NCBI RefSeq assembly: GCF_964355755.1
Contig: NC_092677.1
Coordinates: forward strand, 20,606,101-20,670,100
Reading direction: 5' to 3'
Source: Antedon mediterranea
Taxonomy: Eukaryota; Animalia; Echinodermata
DNA length: 64,000 nt
Below, in pieces: positions 56,001 to 64,000 of this stretch. Both the position numbers and the translations under genes were made by a program. Position 1 is the stretch's first letter; each line of letters opens with the position of its first letter. Below the pieces are notes generated by a model, which worked only from the letters and a program-made list of their open reading frames with translations, searched no databases and was not told where the DNA came from.

Positions 56001-56900
56001 AAAAGTTTTCACACAAAAACATCAAAGTCCACAAAATAGCTTAATATCGTATTTAAAAACGTTTTAGACCATTTTGAGCATTTCGAAAAAACTTTTTCAC
56101 ACAAAACATCAAAGTTTACAAAATAGCTTCAAATCGCATTTGGAGACGTTATAGACCATTTTGTGATTTTCGAAAAAACTTGTTAACATAAAAACACCAA
56201 AGTGCTCAGAATACCTTCAAATCGCATTTTGAGACGTTTTAGACCATTTTGTGATTTTCGAAAAAACTTGTTAACATAAAAACACCAAAGTGCTCAGAAT
56301 CGTGTTTTGAGACGTTTTAGACCATTTTGTGATTTTCGAAAAAACTTGTTAACATTAAAACACCAAAGTGCTCAGAATACCTTCAAATCGCATTTTGAGA
56401 CGTTTTAGACAATTTTGTGATTTTCGAAAAAACTTGTTAACATAAAAACACCAAAGTGCTCAGAATACCTTCAAATCGTGTTTTGAGACGTTTTAGACCA
56501 TTTTGTGATTTTCGAAAAAACTTGTTAACATAAAAACACCAAAGTGCTCAGAATACCTTCAAATCGCATTTTGAGACGTTTTAGACCATTTTGTGATTTT
56601 CGAAAAAACTTGTTAACATAAAAACACCAAAGTGCTCAGAATACCTTCAAATCGTGTTTTGAGACGTTTTAGACCATTTTGTGATTTTCGAAAAAACTTG
56701 TTAACATAAAAACACCAAAGTGCTTAGAAAAGCTTCAAATCGCATTTGGAGACGTTTTAGACCATTTTGTTCATTTCGATGAAACTTGGTTACACAAAAA
56801 CATCAAAGAGCACAAAAGATCTTAATATCGTATTTAAAAACGTTTTAGACCATTTTGAGCATTTCGAAAAAACTTTTTCACACAAAACATCAAAGTGTAC
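38070..56900 (+). repeat. Nested higher-order repeat: alternating 3283-bp and 4504-bp units (7787-bp super-unit), one copy shortened by 310 bp
   Basis: CACACTAAAC marker T at 39139, 42422, 46926, 50209, 54403 (gaps 3283, 4504, 3283, 4194). GTTTTCAACC at 39892/47679 (7787). ORF markers 38158, 41441, 45945, 49228, 53422 give the same gaps. Confidence 0.92.
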
Positions 56901-59119
56901 AAAATAGCTTCAAATCGCATTTTGAGACGTTTTAGACAATTTTGTGATTTTCGAAAAAACTTGTTTACATAAAAACACCAAAGTGCTTAGAAAAGCTTCA
57001 AATCGCATTTGGAGACGTTTTAAACCATTTTGTTCATTTCGATGAAACTTGGTTACACAAAAACATCAAAGAGCACAAAAGTATTTAAAAACGTTTTAGA
57101 CCATTTTGAGCATTCCGTCAAAACTTTTTCACACAAAACATCAAAGTGTACAGAATAGCTTTAAATCGCATTTGGAGACGTTTTAGACCATTTTGTAGTT
57201 TTCGAAAAAACTTGTTAACATAAAAACACAAAAGAGCTTCAAATCGCATTTGGAGACGTTTTAGACCCTTTTGTGCATTTCGATGAAACTTGGTTACACA
57301 AAAACATCAAAGTGCTTAAAATCACATTTTGAGCATTTCGTTAAAACTTTTCACACAAAAACATCAAAGAGTAAAAAATAGCTTAATATCGTATTTAAAA
57401 ACGTTTTAGACCATTTTGAGCATTTCGACAAAATTTTTTCACACAAAACATCAAAGTGTACAGAATAGCTTTAAATCGCATTTGGAGACGTTTTAGACCA
57501 TTTTGTTAATTTCGATGAAACAAAAACACAAAAACATCAAATTGCACAAAATGGCTTAATATGATATGGGAAAACGTTTTAGACCATTTTGAACATATCG
57601 TTAAAAGTTTTCACACAAAAACATCAAAGTCCACAAAATAGCTTAATATCGTATTTAAAAACGTTTTAGACCATTTTGAGCATTTCGAAAAAACTTTTTC
57701 ACACAAAACATCAAAGTTTACAAAATAGCTTCAAATCGCATTTGGAGACGTTTTAGACCATTTTCTGATTTTCGAAAAAACTTGTTAACATAAAAACACC
57801 AAAGTGCTCAGAAAAGCTTCAAATCGCATTTGGAGACGTTTTAAACCATTTTGTTCATTTCGATGAAACTTGGTTACACAAAAACATCAAAGAGCACAAA
57901 AGTATTTAAAAACGTTTTAGACCATTTTGAGCATTCCGACAAAACTTTTTCACACAAAACATCAAAGTGTACAGAATAGCTTTAAATCGCATTTGGAGAC
58001 GTTTTAACCCATTTTGAGCATTTCGATAAAATTTTACAAACAAAAACATCAAAGTGCACAAAATAGCTTAATATGGTATTTAAAAACGTTTTAGACCATT
58101 TTGAGCATTTCAACAAAACTTTTTCTCACAAAACATCAAAGTGTACAGAATAGCTTCAAATCGCATTTGGAGACGTTTTAGACCATTTTGTGCATTTCGA
58201 TGAAACTTGGTTACACAAAAACATCAAAGTGCTTAAAATCACATTTTGAGCATTTCGTTAAAACTTTTCACACAAAAACATCAAAGTCCACAAAATAGCT
58301 TAATATCGTATTTAAAAACGTTTTAGACCATTTTGAGCATTTCGAAAAAACTTTTCCACACAAAACATCAAAGTTTACAAAATAGCTTCAAATCGCATTT
58401 GGAGACGTTTTAGACCATTTTGTGATTTTCGTAAAAACTTGTTAACATAAAAACACCAAAGTGCTTAGAAAAGCTTCAAATCGCATTTGGAGACGTTTTA
58501 GACCATTTTGTGCATTTCGATGAAACTTGGTTACACAAAAACATCAAAGTGCTTAAAATCACATTTTGAACATTTCGTTAAAAGTTTTCACACAAAAACA
58601 TCAAAGAGTAAAAAATAGCTTAATATCGTATTTAAAAACGTTTTAGACCATTTTGAGCATTTCGAAAAAACTTTTCCACACAAAACATCAAAGTTTACAA
58701 AATAGCTTCAAATCGCATTTGGAGACGTTTTAGACCATTTTGTGATTTTCGAAAAAACTTGTTAACATAAAAACACCAAAGTGCTCAGAATACCTTCAAA
58801 TCGCATTTGGAGACGTTTTAGACCATTTTGTGATTTTCGAAAAAACTTGTTAACATAAAAACACCAAAGTGCTCAGAAAAGCTTCAAATCGCATTTGGAG
58901 ACGTTTTAAACCATTTTGTTCATTTCGATGAAACTTGGTTACACAAAAACATCAAAGAGCACAAAAGTATTTAAAAACGTTTTAGACCATTTTGAGCATT
59001 CCGACAAAACTTTTTCACACAAAACATCAAAGTGTACAGAATAGCTTTAAATCGCATTTGGAGACGTTTTAGACCATTTTGTAGTTTTCGAAAAAACTTG
59101 TTAACATAAAAACACAAAA

Positions 59120-62100
59120 GAGCTTCAAATCGCATTTGGAGACGTTTTAGACCATTTTGTGCATTTCGATGAAACTTGGTTACACAAAAACATCAAAGTG
59201 TACAGAATAGCTTCAAATCGCATTAGAAACCGTTTTAGACCATTTTGAGCATTTCGAAAAAACTTTTTCACACCAAACATCAAAGTGTACAAAATAGCTT
59301 CAAATCGCATTTGAAGACGTTTTAGACAATTTTGTGATTTTCGAAAAAACTTGTTTACATAAAAACACGAAAGTGCTAAGAATAGCTTCCAATCGCATTT
59401 GGAGACGTTTTAGACCCTTTTGTGCATTTCGATGAAACTTGGTTACACAAAAACATCAAAGTGCTTAAAATCACATTAGAAACCGTTTTAGACCATTTTG
59501 AGCATTTCGTTAAAATTTTTCACAGAAAAACATCAAAGAGCAAAAAATAGCTTAATATCGTATTTAAAAACGTTTTAGACCATTTTGAGCATTTCGACAA
59601 AACTTTTTCACACAAAATATCAAAGTGTACAGAATAGCTTCAAATCGCATTTTGAGACGTTTTAACCCATTTTGAGCATTTCGATAAAATTTTACACACA
59701 AAAACATCAAAGTGCACAAAATAGCTTAATATGGTATTTAAAAACGTTTTAGACCATTTTGAGCAATTCAACAAAACTTTTTCTCACAAAACATCAAAGT
59801 GTACAGAATAGCTTCAAATCGCATTTGGAGACGTTTTAGACCATTTTGTGCATTTCGATGAAACTTGGTTACACAAAAACATCAAAGTGCTTAAAATCAC
59901 ATTTTGAGCATTTCGTTAAAACTTTTCACACAAAAACATCAAAGTCCACAAAATAGCTTAATATCGTATTTAAAAACGTTTTAGACCATTTTGAGCATTT
60001 CGAAAAAACTTTTCCACACCAAACATCAAAGTTTACAAAATAGCTTCAAATCGCATTTGGAGACGTTTTAGACCATTTTGTGATTTTCGAAAAAACTTGT
60101 TAACATAAAAACACCAAAGTGCTCAGAATACCTTCAAATCGCATTTGGAGACGTTTTAGACCCTTTTGTGCATTTCGATGAAACTTGGTTACACAAAAAC
60201 ATCAAAGTGCTTAAAATCACATTAGAAACCGTTTTAGACCATTTTGAGCATTTCGTTAAAATTTGTCACAGAAAAACATCAAAGAGCAAAAAATATCTTA
60301 ATATCGTATTTAAAAACGTTTTAGACCATTTTGAGCATTTCGACAAAACTTTTTCACACAAAACATCAAAGTGTACAAAATAGCTTCAAATCGCATTTGG
60401 AGACGTTTTAACCCATTTTGAGCATTTCGATAAAATTTTACACACAAAAACATCAAAGTGCACAAAATAGCTTAATATGGTATTTAAAAACGTTTTAGAC
60501 CATTTTGAGCATTTCAACAAAACTTTTTCTCACAAAACATCAAAGTGTACAGAATAGCTTCAAATCGCATTTGGAGACGTTTTAGACTTTTTTGTGCATT
60601 TCGATGAAACTTGGTTACACAAAAACATCAAAGTGCTTAAAATCACATTTTGAGCATTTCGTTAAAACTTTTCACACAAAAACATCAAAGTCCACAAAAT
60701 AGCTTAATATCGTATTTAAAAACGTTTTAGACCATTTTGAGCATTTCGAAAAAACTTTTCCACACAAAACATCAAAGTTTACAAAATAGCTTCAAATCGC
60801 ATTTGGAGACGTTTTAGACCATTTTGTGATTTTCGAAAAAACTTGATAACATAAAAACACCAAAGTGCTCAGAATACCTTCAAATCGTGTTTTGAGACGT
60901 TTTAGACCATTTTGTAATTTTCGAAAAAACTTGTTAACATAAAAACACCAAAGTGCTCAGAATACCTTCACATCGCATTTTGAGACGTTTTAGACCATTT
61001 TGTGATTTTCGAAAAAACTTGTTAACATAAAAACACCAAAGTGCTTAGAAAAGCTTGAAATCGCATTTGGAGACGTTTTAGACCATTTTGTGCATTTCGA
61101 TGAAACTTGGTTACACAAAAACATCAAAGTGCTTAAAATCACATTTTGAGCATTTCGTTAAAACTTTTCACACAAAAACATCAAAGAGTAAAAAATAGCT
61201 TAATATCGTATTTAAAAACGTTTTAGACCATTTTGAGCATTTCGACAAAATTTTTTCACACAAAACATCAAAGTGTACAGAATAGCTTTAAATCGCATTT
61301 GGAGACGTTTTAGACCATTTTGTTCATTTCGATGAAACAAAAACACAAAAACATCAAATTGCACAAAATGGCTTAATATGATATGGGAAAACGTTTTAGA
61401 CCATTTTGAACATTTCGTTAAAAGTTTTCACACAAAAACATCAAAGTCCACAAAATAGCTTAATATCGTATTTAAAAACGTTTTAGACCATTTTGAGCAT
61501 TTCGAAAAAACTTTTTCACACAAAACATCAAAGTTTACAAAATAGCTTCAAATCGCATTTGGAGACGTTATAGACCATTTTGTGATTTTCGAAAAAACTT
61601 GTTAACATAAAAACACCAAAGTGCTCAGAATACCTTCAAATCGCATTTTGAGACGTTTTAGACCATTTTGTGATTTTCGAAAAAACTTGTTAACATAAAA
61701 ACACCAAAGTGCTCAGAATCGTGTTTTGAGACGTTTTAGACCATTTTGTGATTTTCGAAAAAACTTGTTAACATAAAAACACCAAAGTGCTCAGAATACC
61801 TTCAAATCGTGTTTTGAGACGTTTTAGACCATTTTGTGATTTTGGAAAAACTTGTTAACATAAAAACACCAAAGTGCTCAGAATACCTTCAAATCGCATT
61901 TGGAGACGTTTTAGACCATTTTGTGATTTTCGAAAAAACTTGTTAACATAAAAACACCAAAGTGCTCAGAAAAGCTTCAAATCGCAATTGGAGACGTTTT
62001 AAACCATTTTGTTCATTTCGATGAAACTTGGTTACACAAAAACATCAAATTGCACAAAATGGCTTAATATGGTATGGGAAAACGTTTTAGACCATTTTGA

Positions 62101-62420
62101 ACATTTCGAGAAAACTTTTTCACACAAAACTTCAAAGTGTACAGAATAGCTTCAAATCGCATTAGAAACCGTTTTAGACCATTTTGAGCATTTCGAAAAA
62201 ACTTTTTCACACAAAACATCAAAGTTTACAAAATAGCTTCAAATCGCATTTGGAGACGTTTTAGACCATTTTGTGATTTTCGAAAAAACTTGTTAACATA
62301 AAAACACCAAAGTGCTCAGAATACCTTCAAATCGCATTTTGAGACGTTTTAGACCATTTTGTGATTTTCGAAAAAACTTGTTAACATAAAAATACCAAAG
62401 TGCTCTGAATACCTTCAAAT
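59120..62420 (+). repeat. Distant copy of the ~34.9-38.07 kb block (offset 24238 then 24345 bp)
   Basis: ATTTGAAG at 35071/59309, GAATCGTG deletion at 37371/61716, CAATTG at 37640/61985, GCTCTGAAT at 38061/62406. Confidence 0.88.
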
Positions 62421-64000
62421 CGTGTTTTGAGACGTTTTAGACCATTTTGTGATTTTCGAAAAAACTTGTTAACATAAAAACACCAAAGTGCTCAGAATAC
62501 CTTCAAATCGCATTTGGAGACGTTTTAGACCATTTTGTGATTTTCGAAAAAACTTGTTAACATAAAAACACCAAAGTGCTCAGAAAAGCTTCAAATCGCA
62601 ATTGGAGACGTTTTAAACCATTTTGTTCATTTCGATGAAACTTGGTTACACAAAAACATCAAATTGCACAAAATGGCTTAATATGGTATGGGAAAACGTT
62701 TTAGACCATTTTGAACAATTCGAGAAAACTTTTTCACACAAAACTTCAAAGTGTACAGAATAGCTTCAAATCGCATTAGAAACCGTTTTAGACCATTTTG
62801 AGCATTTCGAAAAAACTTTTTCACACAAAACATCAAAGTTTACAAAATAGCTTCAAATCGCATTTGGAGACGTTTTAGACCATTTTGTGATTTTCGAAAA
62901 AACTTGTTAACATAAAAACACCAAAGTGCTCAGAATACCTTCAAATCGCATTTTGAGACGTTTTAGACCATTTTGTGATTTTCGAAAAAACTTGTTAACA
63001 TAAAAATACCAAAGTGCTCTGAATACCTTCAAATCGTTTTTTGAGACGTTTTAGACCATTTTGTGATTTTCGAAAAAACTTGTTAACATAAAAACACCAA
63101 AGTGCTCAGAATACCTTCAAATCGCATTTGGAGACGTTTTAGACCATTTTGTGATTTTCGAAAAAACTTGTTAACATAAAAACACCAAAGTGCTCAGAAA
63201 AGCTTCAAATCGCATTTGGAGACGTTTTAAACCATTTTGTTCATTTCGATGAAACTTGGTTACACAAAAACATCAAAGAGCACAAAAGTATTTAAAAACG
63301 TTTTAGACCATTTTGAGCATTCCGACAAAACTTTTTCACACAAAACATCAAAGTGTACAGAATAGCTTTAAATCGCATTTGGAGACGTTTTAGACCATTT
63401 TGTAGTTTTCGAAAAAACTTGTTAACATAAAAACACAAAAGAGCTTCAAATCGCATTTGGAGACGTTTTAGACCCTTTTGTGCATTTCGATGAAACTTGG
63501 TTACACAAAAACATCAAAGTGCTTAAAATCACATTAGAAACCGTTTTAGACCATTTTGAGCATTTCGTTAAAACTTTTCACACAAAAACATCAAAGTCCC
63601 CAAAATAGCTTAATATCGTATTCAAAAACGTTTTAGACCATTTTGAGCATTTCGAAAAAACTTTTTCACACAAAACATCAAAGTTTACAAAATAGCTTCA
63701 AATCGCATTTGGAGACGTTTTAGACCATTTTGTGATTTTCGAAAAAACTTGTTAACATAAAAACACCAAAGTGCTCAGAATACCTTCAAATCGCATTTTG
63801 AGACGTTTTAGGCCATTTTGTGATTTTGGAAAAAACTTGTTAACATAAAAACACCAAAGTGCTCAGAATACCTTCAAATCGTATTTTGAGACGTTTTAGA
63901 CAATTTTGTGATTTTCGAAAAAACTTGTTAACATAAAAACACCAAAGTGCTTAGAAAAGCTTCAAATCGCATTTGGAGACGTTTTAGACCATTTTGTGCA

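Larger units (their letters stand above)
1..64000 (+). repeat. Tandem satellite DNA array, 87-88 bp monomer with higher-order structure; extends beyond both window edges
   Basis: The core CGTTTTAGACCATTTTG recurs throughout. Measured periods: TGGAGACG at 2881 and 2969 (88 bp); core CG at 719, 806 and 893 (87 bp); CG at 149 and 227 (78 bp deletion variant). No unique sequence longer than ~30 bp was seen. Confidence 0.99.

Noticed and set aside
12516-59310. Twelve near-identical 61-aa minus-strand ORFs (MRFEAILYTLMF...)
   Set aside because: They are translations of two adjacent satellite monomers (the peptide repeats every 29 aa = 87 bp). Sister copies at ~3.9 and ~7.4 kb carry a TTTTAAGC variant and are not called. 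No recognisable domain or gene context; used only as positional markers.
15796-60383. Plus-strand 62-71 aa ORFs (15796, 33331, 35823, 60168)
   Set aside because: They have non-ATG starts and are open only because of single variants or junctions that remove stops in the satellite.
1-64000. CRISPR-like appearance (conserved CGTTTTAGACCATTTTG core, reminiscent of GTTTTAGA type II repeats, with variable intervening sequence)
   Set aside because: The intervening segments are homologous to each other and recur hundreds of times rather than being unique spacers. There is no leader and no cas gene.
1-64000. Assignment to a named satellite family, CENP-B box or telomeric repeat
   Set aside because: I do not recognise the monomer. 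TTCG is present but not the full TTCG-N4-A-N2-CGGG box, and there are no telomeric motifs. A BLAST/Dfam/Repbase search would be needed.

Overview
The whole 64 kb window is one uninterrupted, AT-rich, head-to-tail tandem satellite array on a single strand orientation. It is built from an 87-88 bp monomer (roughly 750 copies, estimated from length) of the form AAATCGCATTTGGAGACGTTTTAGACCATTTTGTGATTTTCGAAAAAACTTGTTAACATAAAAACACCAAAGTGCTCAGAATACCTTC. There are about four monomer classes plus fixed deletion variants. They are arranged in variable higher-order repeats, with nested duplications at offsets of about 0.5-0.7, 2.5-3.8, 4.5, 5.6, 7.8 and 24-29 kb. I see no credible genes, RNA genes, transposons or CRISPR array, and all listed ORFs are readings of the repeat. 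The architecture resembles eukaryotic (peri)centromeric or heterochromatic satellite, but I cannot identify the organism or family. The most notable items are: (i) a unique templated-insertion scar at 17232-17258 that creates a perfect 15-bp-arm hairpin, typical of polymerase theta / SD-MMEJ repair; (ii) a hidden degenerate palindrome with 10-bp phased T- and A-tracts inside the monomer; (iii) a layered duplication history that can be read from private variants. All coordinates and offsets were counted by hand and block boundaries are approximate.
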